From positions 8,864-72,863 of the forward strand of contig CAYRHT010000005.1 in assembly GCA_964424195.1 (NCBI GenBank): a stretch of DNA of 64,000 nucleotides, given 5' to 3'. The position numbers and the translations under genes are program-made. Origin of the DNA: an uncultured Gammaproteobacteria bacterium (GTDB lineage: Bacteria > Patescibacteriota > Patescibacteriia > UBA1558 > S5-K13). Position 1 is the first letter of the stretch; every line of letters begins with the position of its first letter. The notes under the pieces were generated by a model, which searched no databases, had not been told where the DNA came from, and saw only the letters and a program-made list of their open reading frames with translations. Positions 48,058 to 57,831 of this stretch are shown piece after piece.

Positions 48058-48642
48058 ATGGAAAAAACAATTAAAAACTTAGCAGCAGCTTTTATTGGAG
48101 AAAGCCAAGCTAGAAATCGCTATACTTTGTATAGTGGTATTGCTAAAAAAGAAGGTTATGAAAAAATAGCTGGAATTTTTGAAACAACTGCTAACCAAGA
48201 AAGAGAACATGCTAAATGGTTAATGCGAATGATTAATGAATTAAAGTGTAAAGCTGAAAATGCTAGTGATTATGATGAAATTAAGGTTGATGCTGGATGT
48301 CCAACCATCTTGAAGGATACAGTTAATAATCTCAAAGCAGCTATTGTTGGTGAGAATCATGAATATACCAGTATGTATCCAGAGTTTGCTAAGATTGCAG
48401 AAGAAGAAGGTCTAACAGAAGTAGCTAAGAGATTAAAAGCTATTGCTGTAGCTGAATCATTTCATGAAGAAAGATATCAAAAAGCATTAACAGAATTAGA
48501 AAACAAATCTGTCTTTAAAAAAGAAGAAAAAACCTATTGGGTTTGTCGAAATTGTGGTTATGTTCACGAAGGAGAAGAATCTTTAGAAGTTTGTCCTTCT
48601 TGTTCTCATCCTCAAGCTTATTTCGAAGAAAAATGTCTTTAG
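48058..48642 (+). CDS. rbr: rubrerythrin with C-terminal rubredoxin-like domain
   Basis: LAAAFIGESQARNRY...ANQEREHAKW diiron helices; C-terminal CRNCGY...CPSC. Confidence 0.85.
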   Translation: MEKTIKNLAAAFIGESQARNRYTLYSGIAKKEGYEKIAGIFETTANQEREHAKWLMRMINELKCKAENASDYDEIKVDAGCPTILKDTVNNLKAAIVGENHEYTSMYPEFAKIAEEEGLTEVAKRLKAIAVAESFHEERYQKALTELENKSVFKKEEKTYWVCRNCGYVHEGEESLEVCPSCSHPQAYFEEKCL

Positions 48643-48669
48643 AATTAATTAAATATTAAATAAAATTAT

Positions 48670-49077
48670 ATGACTAAGAAAAGAGAAATTTATAAATGTG
48701 AAGTCTGTGGAAATGTTACTGAAGTTCTACATACTGGTGCTGGAGAATTAGTTTGTTGTGGTCAGGCCATGAAATTAATTACTGAAAAAACAGAAGACGA
48801 AGGTCAGGAAAAACATTTACCAGTTATTGAACAATTACCAGACAATGTTTGTCGAGGTGGTGATGGAATTATTGTTAAAGTTGGAGAAGTTACTCATCCG
48901 ATGGAAGAAGAGCATTATATTGAATGGGTAGAAGTAGAAACTAAAACTGGTAAAATTGGTAAACACTTTCTAAAACCAGGAGACAGTACAGAAATGGAAT
49001 TTCAAACTAGAGATGAGATAATTGAAGTTAGAGTTTATTGTAATATTCATGGTTTGTGGGTTAAAAAGATTAATTAA
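48670..49077 (+). CDS. dfx: desulfoferrodoxin (2Fe superoxide reductase)
   Basis: N-terminal desulforedoxin CEVCGN...CCGQ; neelaredoxin-type domain with KHLPV, EHYIEW, CNIHGLW. Confidence 0.85.
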   Translation: MTKKREIYKCEVCGNVTEVLHTGAGELVCCGQAMKLITEKTEDEGQEKHLPVIEQLPDNVCRGGDGIIVKVGEVTHPMEEEHYIEWVEVETKTGKIGKHFLKPGDSTEMEFQTRDEIIEVRVYCNIHGLWVKKIN

Positions 49078-49090
49078 TTATTTGAAAATA

Positions 49091-49125
49091 AAAAACTGCG
49101 ATAACTTATAGCTATCGCAGTATAT
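49091..49125. terminator. bidirectional terminator (ctgcgata-acttatagc-tatcgcag)
   Basis: read directly. Confidence 0.6.
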
Positions 49126-49136
49126 GAGAGGATTAG

Positions 49137-49520
49137 TTACAGATTAGTTTTTACTGTAATTATTCCTGTCGTAAGATATGTAGTTATTGTTTCATTGATT
49201 GAAGGTTCCGGGCATATTCTGTTGAAAGCAACTTCAATTTTGATTTCTGCACTACCGCTAACTCTTTCAATAATCATTTTTCCCAATGTATAATCATATG
49301 TTATTTTTACTACGCTTCCGTCGGGAAGAGTTATATTTTCTACTTCCGGCAATGGTTCAGGAATTGTCTCGCTGCAATCATAGATTTCTTGTTCAGAGAA
49401 ACTTCCTAAGCTTGTCTGTCCTGCTACGGTTAATTTTACTTTTGCTTGGTAATAAGTATTATCAGCATAAGCAAATCCTGCCAACACTAATACGACTAAG
49501 ACTAACATGATCTTTTTCAT
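49137..49520 (-). CDS. small secreted hypothetical protein (signal peptide)
   Basis: MKKIMLVLVVLVLAGFAYA leader; RBS aaggagaaaaaatg. Confidence 0.45.
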   Translation of the reverse strand: MKKIMLVLVVLVLAGFAYADNTYYQAKVKLTVAGQTSLGSFSEQEIYDCSETIPEPLPEVENITLPDGSVVKITYDYTLGKMIIERVSGSAEIKIEVAFNRICPEPSINETITTYLTTGIITVKTNL

Positions 49521-49667
49521 TTTTTCTCCTTTGTTTAGTTTTTTACGATTACAAGTACAAATTCTATGTACCTTTTTCTAAACTATTTTTTAATTCCTCC
49601 TTATCTAAGGTAAAATATCAAGAATTCATTAATATGTCAAGTATTTGAAGTATCATATAATAAATTT

Positions 49668-50528
49668 ATGCCAGAATTGCCAGAAGTACAAACTATCGTA
49701 GATGATTTGAATCAAAGTGCTCTTAATAAAAAGATTAAGAAGATCGATATTCTATTATCTAAGATTGTTAAAAGAGCTAATAAGAGGTTTATTGATGTCT
49801 TAAAGAATAATAGTTTTCAAAATATAAGTCGAAGAGGGAAATATATCATTTTTTCTTTAAAGAATAATCAATTTTTAGTTATTCATTTACGAATGACTGG
49901 TCAAATTATTTATAGACAGAAAGATAGTCTAATTGCTGGTGGACATAGTGATCAAAATAATAATTTTAACTTACCAAGCAAACAAACTCATGTAATTATC
50001 TATTTTAATGATGATTCACAGTTATTTTACAATGATCAGAGACAATTTGGTTATTTAGAAATTATTAACCGAGAAGAATTAAAAAAACTTGATAATAGAA
50101 TTGGTATTGAACCTTTATGTCCTCAGTTTACTCTAAAATATTTTAAAGATTTATTAAAAAATAGTAAGAGAAATGTTAAAGCTTTCTTATTAGATCAAAA
50201 ATATGTAGCAGGCTTAGGAAATATTTATGTAGATGAATCTTTGTTTCTAGCCTATGTTCTACCAACTCGTTCAGTAGATTCTCTAAATGAAAAAGAGACT
50301 AAGGATTTATATCAAGCTATTAAAAAAGTTTTAAAACAAGCTATTAAACATCGGGGAACTACTTTTAACAATTACAAAGATGCTCATGGTCGGAAAGGTA
50401 GTTTTATAAACAGATTAAAGGTTTATGGACAGGAGAATAAGGAGTGTTTTCGATGTCATCAGGGAGTTATTAAAAAGATTCGAGTAGCTGGACGAGGAAC
50501 TAGATATTGTCCAAAGTGTCAAAAATAA
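49668..50528 (+). CDS. mutM: formamidopyrimidine-DNA glycosylase
   Basis: N-terminal MPELPEV (catalytic Pro2/Glu3), H2TH region, C-terminal zinc finger CFRC...CPKC. Confidence 0.9.
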   Translation: MPELPEVQTIVDDLNQSALNKKIKKIDILLSKIVKRANKRFIDVLKNNSFQNISRRGKYIIFSLKNNQFLVIHLRMTGQIIYRQKDSLIAGGHSDQNNNFNLPSKQTHVIIYFNDDSQLFYNDQRQFGYLEIINREELKKLDNRIGIEPLCPQFTLKYFKDLLKNSKRNVKAFLLDQKYVAGLGNIYVDESLFLAYVLPTRSVDSLNEKETKDLYQAIKKVLKQAIKHRGTTFNNYKDAHGRKGSFINRLKVYGQENKECFRCHQGVIKKIRVAGRGTRYCPKCQK

Positions 50529-50545
50529 TTAATTAATATAATATT

Positions 50546-51082
50546 ATGAAAAAATCAATAAAATGGATTGTAATTAGCTTAATAATAATTGTCGTACTTA
50601 TAGTATTCGCTGGGATGTATAAATTTAACTATTTAGCTAACCAAAAGGGATATGACGTGGATGGTAATAAAATTAAAAATGAGGAAAAAATTACTGAGAA
50701 AAATATCAAACCAGAAGCAGAGTTAGAATTAGAGGCAAAATTTACTTATCAAGGGAATTTAATAGATGTCTCTGGAGGATTAGCTTCGGGAATAGCTCAA
50801 GCAAATTTTTCTGAAGGGATTTATGATTTATTAGCAGAATTTAAAGACTTACCAGAACCTCAAGGAACAGATTTCTATGAAGGTTGGGTTGTTAGAAAGA
50901 GTCCTTTTGCTTTTATTAGTACTGGTAAAGCAATTAAAGAGGATGGAATTTATTCAAACTCTTTTTCAACTGAAAAAAACTATTTAGAATATGATTTCTA
51001 TGTTTTAACTATTGAACCTGATGATGGAGATCCTGCACCAGATAAACATATTTTAGAAGGAACTATGGAAGAGATTAATTAA
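50546..51082 (+). CDS. membrane-anchored hypothetical protein
   Basis: N-terminal TM WIVISLIIIVVLIVFAGMY. Confidence 0.45.
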   Translation: MKKSIKWIVISLIIIVVLIVFAGMYKFNYLANQKGYDVDGNKIKNEEKITEKNIKPEAELELEAKFTYQGNLIDVSGGLASGIAQANFSEGIYDLLAEFKDLPEPQGTDFYEGWVVRKSPFAFISTGKAIKEDGIYSNSFSTEKNYLEYDFYVLTIEPDDGDPAPDKHILEGTMEEIN

Positions 51083-51126
51083 TGATTTTTTGCTATAATA
51101 GACTCATTATAATTAAATAAAAATAC

Positions 51127-51633
51127 ATGGAAGTAAATCAATTGCCAATTATGAACATGGATAATTCTGAAACTAAGTGTTGTCCTAAATTTAATCCAGA
51201 AGCATGGGAGAATCAAACTATTGTTTTTGATAACAAATTATTTGTTAAAACTCAGACAAAAAGTTTTTTACACATACCTCTGGGTCTAGGAAAAATGTGG
51301 ATGAGAACTTTAAACGCTATCAAAGGAGTAGATGCAGAATTGAAAGATAATTATTTTACACTTTCTTATGATCCATCACCTTGGAAAGGAGAACATTATT
51401 TTGCAGTAACTAAAGATGTTCCGGGAGAAGAAATGGTTAAATTGAGTGGAGAATATTTAACTAAGGTTTTTGAAGGTCCTTTTAGTCAGGTTGGTAAATG
51501 GGCTAAAGAAATGGAAACATATGTAGAGTCTAAAGATAAAGAAGTGAAGAAAGTTTATTTCTTCTATACTTCTTGTCCTAAATGTGCAAAACATTATGGA
51601 AAAAATTATGTAGTAGCTTTGGCTCAAGTATAA
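51127..51633 (+). CDS. hypothetical protein (168 aa)
   Basis: ORF with downstream terminator. Confidence 0.45.
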   Translation: MEVNQLPIMNMDNSETKCCPKFNPEAWENQTIVFDNKLFVKTQTKSFLHIPLGLGKMWMRTLNAIKGVDAELKDNYFTLSYDPSPWKGEHYFAVTKDVPGEEMVKLSGEYLTKVFEGPFSQVGKWAKEMETYVESKDKEVKKVYFFYTSCPKCAKHYGKNYVVALAQV

Positions 51634-51650
51634 TAAGTTTATATTATTTT

Positions 51651-51680
51651 AAAACCGAGTTAGTAATAGCTCGGTTTTTT
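51651..51680 (+). terminator. terminator aaaaccgagttagtaatagctcggtttttt (copy 1 of a repeated terminator module)
   Basis: near-identical to 52151-52180. Confidence 0.65.
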
Positions 51681-51752
51681 GTTTGACATAATTTTTAGAT
51701 GGAGATAATATTAAATATTATTAATAAAAAATAAATTAAATTAGGAGGAAGA

Positions 51753-52142
51753 ATGTCTAGATTTTACTATTATATTTTTGATGGTAATAAACTTCGAAAG
51801 ATTAGTAAAAAAGAAGCAAAGGAATCTTGTCAGTTTTTTAGAGCTATTAATATGAAAGTAGTTTTAGAAAATTTAGAACCGATCTCTGAGAAATCTGGCA
51901 AGGTTAAGAGCAGTTTATTAGAGGAATTTGAAGTTGGGGAAAAATATGTTTTAAGAACGGCTGAACATAGTCTTAATGGACTGGTAGTCTCTAAATCTTT
52001 TTCTAATGCTGATTTTTTGGGAACAGAAATTGTATCAAAAGAGGTATATTTTTATGCCTGTTGGGGGGATACAAGAGAAGGTTGTGTATTTGATTTTAGT
52101 GATAGAACTAAAAAATTGGAAATACTCTCCCATATTAAATAA
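51753..52142 (+). CDS. hypothetical protein (129 aa)
   Basis: RBS aggaggaagaATG. Confidence 0.45.
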   Translation: MSRFYYYIFDGNKLRKISKKEAKESCQFFRAINMKVVLENLEPISEKSGKVKSSLLEEFEVGEKYVLRTAEHSLNGLVVSKSFSNADFLGTEIVSKEVYFYACWGDTREGCVFDFSDRTKKLEILSHIK

Positions 52143-52150
52143 AATAAATA

Positions 52151-52180
52151 AACCGAGTTAGCAATAGCTCGGTTTTTTTG
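52151..52180 (+). terminator. terminator aaccgagttagcaatagctcggttttttt (copy 2)
   Basis: 28/29 nt identical to 51652-51680. Confidence 0.65.
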
Positions 52181-52241
52181 TTCTTTATATTCTCCTTTTT
52201 TTCCTTTATACTAAATATATTACTAAATTAATAAAAAATTT

Positions 52242-53078
52242 ATGACTTGGTTTGTGTTATCAATATTATCTGGATTATTATTTGCCTTGGCAAGAGCAAT
52301 TTCTAGAGTATATCTAAAAAAACAAGGTAATGCTTTGGCTTTTACAGCAATCCACGATTTTATTGCTGGACTTGTTTTATTGCCAATAATTTTTATTGGT
52401 TTTCATTGGCCAACTAAAGCTATAACTTGGTTATATTTTGCAGGTATTGTAGTTTTTGCTTTTTTGTCAGATTGGTTAGCATTTATTGCTTTGAAAAAAA
52501 TTGATATTTCAACATATCAAATAGTTAGTCAGGTGAGACATTTTTTTGTGCTTATTAGCGGTTTGTTTTTATTTTCAGAAGTTATTGTAATGAATAAACT
52601 TCTAGCAATTAGTTTAATTATAGTTGGTGTAATAGTCTCTTTGTATCGAAAAACAAAAATTGATTGGAATAAGGGAATAGGTTTAACTATTCTAAGCACT
52701 TTATCAGCTGTTATTGCTTTTGCATTTGCTAAGTTTGCAGTGAGAGATTTTTCAGAAATTATGGTAGCCTCTTTGGAATTAATGTTAATTGGTTTATTAA
52801 GTTTTAGTTTAATGAAATTTGATATAAGAAGTTTATCAAAAGAATTTAAGATAAATAAATGGGGTTTAATTTTAGCAGGACTTTTCTTTGGACTCTTCGA
52901 AATGTTCTTGTTCTATGCTTTAAAAATTGGTGAAATATCAAAAGTAATTCCAGTGACTCAGAGCTCTTTGGTATTTGGAGTTTTAATAGGGATTATATTT
53001 ATGGGAGAAAAGAAAAATCTTATTCGAAAAATTATAGGTATGTTAATTATAGTTGGAGGAATTATTTTGTTAAATTAG
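52242..53078 (+). CDS. EamA/DMT-superfamily-like transporter (about 10 TM helices)
   Basis: two 5-TM halves in hydropathy pattern; assignment by topology only. Confidence 0.5.
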   Translation: MTWFVLSILSGLLFALARAISRVYLKKQGNALAFTAIHDFIAGLVLLPIIFIGFHWPTKAITWLYFAGIVVFAFLSDWLAFIALKKIDISTYQIVSQVRHFFVLISGLFLFSEVIVMNKLLAISLIIVGVIVSLYRKTKIDWNKGIGLTILSTLSAVIAFAFAKFAVRDFSEIMVASLELMLIGLLSFSLMKFDIRSLSKEFKINKWGLILAGLFFGLFEMFLFYALKIGEISKVIPVTQSSLVFGVLIGIIFMGEKKNLIRKIIGMLIIVGGIILLN

Positions 53079-53088
53079 GGATAATCAT

Positions 53089-54354
53089 ATGAAAGTAATT
53101 GCGGATTTACATATTCATTCTCGTTTTTCGAGATGTTGTTCAAAAAATATTACTATTCCTGAATTAGCTAAATGGGCTGAGATAAAAGGAATAGATATTT
53201 TGGCTACTTCTGATTTTACTCATCCACAATGGTTAGCGGAGATAAAAGAGAATTTAAAAGATAATGGCCAGGGTTTATTTGTTTTTAAAAAAGGGGAATA
53301 CAAAACTCATTTTATTTTATCTACGGAAGTTGCTTGTATTTACAAAAGAGGAGATCAATGTCGACGATTACATCTTTGTATCTTATTCCCTAGTATTATA
53401 GCTGTAGAGAAGTTTAACAAGAAATTAGAGAGTTTAGATAAAAATTTAAAATCAGATGGTCGACCAATTTTAGGACTAGATGTTCGAGAAGTTGTTGATA
53501 TAGCTTTGCAGGCTAATGAAAGAGCTTTAATTATTCCAGCTCATATTTGGACTCCTTGGTTTGCAATGTTTGGCTCTAAATCTGGTTTTAATACTGCTGA
53601 AGAATGTTTTGGAGAATATACTAAACATATTTATGCTGTAGAAACTGGATTGTCATCAGATCCTTTAATGAATTGGATGGTTTCAGACTTAGACAAGTTT
53701 TTGTTAGTCTCTAATTCAGATGCTCATAGTCCAGAGAACCTAGGAAGAGAAGCTAATGCTTGGGAATTAGAAGATTTTTCTTATGATGAGATATATAATA
53801 TTTTTAAGAACAAAGATAAGAAGAAATTCTTATACACTATTGAATTTTATCCAGAAGAAGGTAAATATCATCATGATGGGCATTTAAAATGTGGAATTTC
53901 TTTAACTCCTGAAGAAAGCAAAAAGAATAAAGGGATTTGTCCGGTTTGTAAGAAACCATTGATTATTGGAACTATGAATCGAGTAATGGAATTAGCAGAT
54001 CGAAGTATAGAAGAGGTAGAAAAAATAAGAGAGCAGTTTGTTCCTTATAAGTCTTTAATTCCTTTGAAGGAAATTATTGGAGAAATTGAGAATGTTGGTT
54101 CAAAAAGTAAGAAAGTTGATCATATTTATCACAAACTAATTAAAAAAGGAGAAAACGAATTTAACCTTTTGTTGAATATTGATATTGAGAATCTTAAAAT
54201 TATTGGTGGTGAAGTCTTTGCCGAAGCAATTCAAAGAATGAGGGATGCTAAAGTTAATTTGCAACCAGGGTACGATGGTAAGTATGGAGTTATTAAAGTT
54301 TTTAAGGAAAATGAATTGAAAAAGATTAGAGGTAAGCAAAAGAGTTTGTTTTAG
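53089..54354 (+). CDS. PHP-domain nuclease with zinc ribbon, endonuclease Q-like
   Basis: N-terminal ADLHIHSRFSR PHP metal-binding motif; internal CGIS...CPVCKK zinc-finger; ~420 aa. Confidence 0.6.
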   Translation: MKVIADLHIHSRFSRCCSKNITIPELAKWAEIKGIDILATSDFTHPQWLAEIKENLKDNGQGLFVFKKGEYKTHFILSTEVACIYKRGDQCRRLHLCILFPSIIAVEKFNKKLESLDKNLKSDGRPILGLDVREVVDIALQANERALIIPAHIWTPWFAMFGSKSGFNTAEECFGEYTKHIYAVETGLSSDPLMNWMVSDLDKFLLVSNSDAHSPENLGREANAWELEDFSYDEIYNIFKNKDKKKFLYTIEFYPEEGKYHHDGHLKCGISLTPEESKKNKGICPVCKKPLIIGTMNRVMELADRSIEEVEKIREQFVPYKSLIPLKEIIGEIENVGSKSKKVDHIYHKLIKKGENEFNLLLNIDIENLKIIGGEVFAEAIQRMRDAKVNLQPGYDGKYGVIKVFKENELKKIRGKQKSLF

Positions 54355-54458
54355 ATTTTAAATGTAATAAAAAATCTCCTCACGACAAGGAGGGAGATTT
54401 TTGTTTTTATTTTAGCAGCATCCGCAGCCTTCTTTAGGAGGTGTCATATATTTTTATT

Positions 54459-54704
54459 TTATCTATTAAACATTTTTCCAATAGTAGCTCTGAGGAATTC
54501 ATCATTTAAACCAGTAACCATTAACATACCAAAGAACAAGACAATTAAACCTATAAATTTATACATCAACCTAGTTCCACCAGAAGATCCTAATTTAGAC
54601 TCAGCCCAATTACTATAACCAAAGTTATTAACTATCCAATCAGCTTTCCAAACTGTTAAAAATCCTACGCCAGCCATTAATAGTCCACCAATTATTTTAC
54701 CCAT
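54459..54704 (-). CDS. small membrane protein (81 aa, two TM helices)
   Basis: hydrophobic segments; ORF only. Confidence 0.4.
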   Translation of the reverse strand: MGKIIGGLLMAGVGFLTVWKADWIVNNFGYSNWAESKLGSSGGTRLMYKFIGLIVLFFGMLMVTGLNDEFLRATIGKMFNR

Positions 54705-54857
54705 AGTTTTTATTTATTTAAGTATATTTTATCAGAAAAAATACTATCATTCCAGCTTAGATTAAAGACTTGAAGTATGATATTATTAGAATAGTGCTGT
54801 TTTAGCTTATTTTTTAATAAATAGACATCAGCTATTGTAATTTTTATATCTCAAGAA

Positions 54858-55751
54858 ATGAAAAACGTTCATTGTAAAAAAAATAAAAAATCCTTTAAAA
54901 ATAAAGATTTTGTTTTTGAAAATTTAGGATTCCAACCACAAGTATTAGAAATTATTAAAAGAAATATTTATCGTTCTCGAGGTATTATTTTAGTAAGTGG
55001 AATTATTGGTTCTGGTAAATCAACTACCTTGTATTCTATTTTAAAGATTTTAGATGCCCAGAGATTTAAGATTGCTACTATTGAAGATGCTATTAGATAT
55101 AAAGTGAAAGGGATTGATCAATCGAGAGTAAATTCTAAAATTGGACTTAACTTTCTTACTAGTTTGAAGTCATTTCTTCGTCAAGATTCAGATATTATCA
55201 TGATTGATGAGATTCAAGATTTAGAAGTTCTAAAAGTCATGACAGAAGCTGTTTTAACGGGACATTTAATCCTCTCAAGTATCAATAGTGAAAATGTTTT
55301 AGAGACTCTGAAATTGCTTTCAGATGCAGATATTCCAAACTTTTTAATAGCAGATACTATTAATGTTGTAATTTCTCAAAAATTAGTTAGAAAAATATGT
55401 CCACACTGTATTCAAGACCATAATCCTAGTAAAAAAGACATAAATCAATTAAAAAAAATATCAGACTTTAATTATCTTTTAGAAAAAATAGACAAGAAAT
55501 CCGATTTATCTTTCCATAAAGGTAAGGGATGTCGAAAATGTAAATATACTGGATATCAAGGAAAGATTGGAATATATGAAGTTTTAGAAAATAGTAGAGA
55601 AATAAGTGGTTTAATTTTAAAAGGTATAAGTTTAGAAGAAATTAGAAAACAAGCTATAAAAAATGGTATGATTACCATATTAGAAGATGCTTTTCTAAAA
55701 GCTCAGAACGGTATTACTACCATAGAAGAGATTTTAAAAGTTTTTAAATAA
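54858..55751 (+). CDS. PilB/GspE-family secretion ATPase core (no N-terminal domains)
   Basis: Walker A SGIIGSGKST, Walker B IIMIDEIQD, His-box, tetracysteine CPHC...CRKC motif typical of GspE/PilB. Confidence 0.7.
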   Translation: MKNVHCKKNKKSFKNKDFVFENLGFQPQVLEIIKRNIYRSRGIILVSGIIGSGKSTTLYSILKILDAQRFKIATIEDAIRYKVKGIDQSRVNSKIGLNFLTSLKSFLRQDSDIIMIDEIQDLEVLKVMTEAVLTGHLILSSINSENVLETLKLLSDADIPNFLIADTINVVISQKLVRKICPHCIQDHNPSKKDINQLKKISDFNYLLEKIDKKSDLSFHKGKGCRKCKYTGYQGKIGIYEVLENSREISGLILKGISLEEIRKQAIKNGMITILEDAFLKAQNGITTIEEILKVFK

Positions 55752-55772
55752 TATAATTTTAAGATAAATACT

Positions 55773-56471
55773 ATGCTTCAATCAGCTCCCAAAAGTTTTA
55801 GAGATAATAAATCAAGCTTACCTGCTAGGAAGAGTGTTTTTGATTCCATTGACGCTCAAAAGATTGGAGAGGGTAAGTATTTTAGAGAAGGAAAATTTGG
55901 TCATAAAAGGAATGCAGGACTTAAGGGGCAATTAAGTAAAATTAAAAGAACTGGTAAATTAGCTGCTAAGAATCTTTCTAAAAAGAATTTGAATGATATT
56001 TATGGCATGATATCTGGTCGTTTAAAAAAACATAATAGAGGTTATGGAGCGCATATTAACAGAAAAGATAAAGTAGGGATTATGCGAGATGCTGAGAAAT
56101 TAGTTCGTACCAAGGGCAGCAAGTTTAGTAGAGAGGATAAAGCTGATTTAAAAAAGATAGTGAATTCTTTAGAAAATCAAAGCAGTAAGAATATTTTAAA
56201 AAAGAGAAATAATTTTGAACAAGCAGAGTTGCATAATCCAAAAGAGAATATTTCAGAAACTAGTTTAAACAAAAAAGTAAATCTAAATAGTTCTATTCAA
56301 AGTTTAAATAATATAAATAATTCTCAGCAAAAAGAGCAGAAAGATATTACTGAAGAAATAGAGCCTGAATCAGAAGAGGATTTAAATATTCCAATACCAA
56401 ATATTAGTCAAAATCAACCTGATGAAGAAATAGAAGAGTCAGAAAACCAAGTTGAAGAAATGGTAATTTAA
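55773..56471 (+). CDS. hypothetical Lys-rich protein with acidic C-terminus
   Basis: low-complexity translation; ORF only. Confidence 0.35.
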   Translation: MLQSAPKSFRDNKSSLPARKSVFDSIDAQKIGEGKYFREGKFGHKRNAGLKGQLSKIKRTGKLAAKNLSKKNLNDIYGMISGRLKKHNRGYGAHINRKDKVGIMRDAEKLVRTKGSKFSREDKADLKKIVNSLENQSSKNILKKRNNFEQAELHNPKENISETSLNKKVNLNSSIQSLNNINNSQQKEQKDITEEIEPESEEDLNIPIPNISQNQPDEEIEESENQVEEMVI

Positions 56472-56494
56472 ATTATTAATAATTATAGAAAAAT

Positions 56495-57139
56495 ATGAAA
56501 ATTAGTTCTTATGGACATTCCTGTTTTAAAATTAAATGTAAGGATTTAACATTGTTAATAGATCCTTATGACAATACTATTGGTTTGAAAGCTCCTAAAA
56601 CAAAAGCAGATGCTGTTTTAGTTACTCATGATCATCGTGATCATAATAATGTGGGTGCTGCTGGTAAAGAGGCTATTGTTATCAATGGTCCTGGAGAATA
56701 TGAGATCAAGGGAACATTTATTTACGGTAAGGAAGCTAATCATGATAATAAAGATGGAGTAGAAAGAGGTGTAATGACTATGTATTTAATTGAAGATGAA
56801 AAAGTTAGAGTTGCTCATTTAGGAGATTTAGGACAAAAACAGTTAACTAAAGATCAATTAGAATTTTTAGATAATGTCGATGTGCTATTAATTCCAGTTG
56901 GAGGAGAATATACTATCAATAGTAGTGAGGCTATTAATATAATTAATGATATTGAGCCTCGGATTGTTATTCCAATGCATTATAATGTTCCAGGATTAAA
57001 ATTATCTAAAACTTTGGATAAAGTTGATAATTTTGTTAAGGAAATTGGTTTAACGCCGGAAAATTTAGATGAACTTAAAGTTACTCATGATAGTTTACCA
57101 AGTAGTGAGTTAAGATTAGTTACTTTAAAGTCTCAATAA
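56495..57139 (+). CDS. metallo-beta-lactamase-fold hydrolase
   Basis: VLVTHDHRDH (HxHxDH) motif. Confidence 0.7.
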   Translation: MKISSYGHSCFKIKCKDLTLLIDPYDNTIGLKAPKTKADAVLVTHDHRDHNNVGAAGKEAIVINGPGEYEIKGTFIYGKEANHDNKDGVERGVMTMYLIEDEKVRVAHLGDLGQKQLTKDQLEFLDNVDVLLIPVGGEYTINSSEAINIINDIEPRIVIPMHYNVPGLKLSKTLDKVDNFVKEIGLTPENLDELKVTHDSLPSSELRLVTLKSQ

Positions 57140-57140
57140 G

Positions 57141-57821
57141 ATGAATAAGAAATTACAATTAAAATTTTTAGTCTTTGTTTGTATAATAATTGTAGTTATT
57201 GTCTATTTGTATTTTAATCAAAATTTTTCATTTGGATTTAGTGAAGATTTCAAAGGTCTAAGAGATTCTGTTGGATTAGAAATTAAGGAATTGTCTAAAG
57301 CAGACATAGTGGAGAATTTAAAAAATAATTTTAAAGATCTAAAAGATCAAATGAACGAAGACGAAGTAGATCTAGAATCTAAAATAACTGACAATGTTCT
57401 AAGTAAATTATCTCAAAGAGAAAATATTATTTATGAATATGAGCCTTGGGGAATTAAATTTAGTTATGATAGTTTAATGAGTAAAGATATTGATCGAGAC
57501 AATGAAAAGATTTTATTATTTTATGAGGAAGTTCAAACTCTAAAAGCTTCCATAGGGAGATATGTTTTGGAAGAAACTTTTGATGATTGGTTAAATAATA
57601 ATTATAATTTACAAAAATTGGATAAGTTAGAATATAATGGATTGATTTTTTGGATGCAAGATCTTAGTAAGGAAGAGAATAAGTTGAAAGAGTATTATGT
57701 AAATTTAGATGATAATGTATTTATTATCGTTTTAGAATCAAGTCAGGATCAAGAAGAATATTGGAAATCTTTAGAGACTATAGTTAAGTCTTTTAATATA
57801 ATTAAATCTAATAATTTATAA
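57141..57821 (+). CDS. membrane-anchored hypothetical protein
   Basis: N-terminal TM. Confidence 0.4.
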   Translation: MNKKLQLKFLVFVCIIIVVIVYLYFNQNFSFGFSEDFKGLRDSVGLEIKELSKADIVENLKNNFKDLKDQMNEDEVDLESKITDNVLSKLSQRENIIYEYEPWGIKFSYDSLMSKDIDRDNEKILLFYEEVQTLKASIGRYVLEETFDDWLNNNYNLQKLDKLEYNGLIFWMQDLSKEENKLKEYYVNLDDNVFIIVLESSQDQEEYWKSLETIVKSFNIIKSNNL

Positions 57822-57831
57822 TAATAAAATT

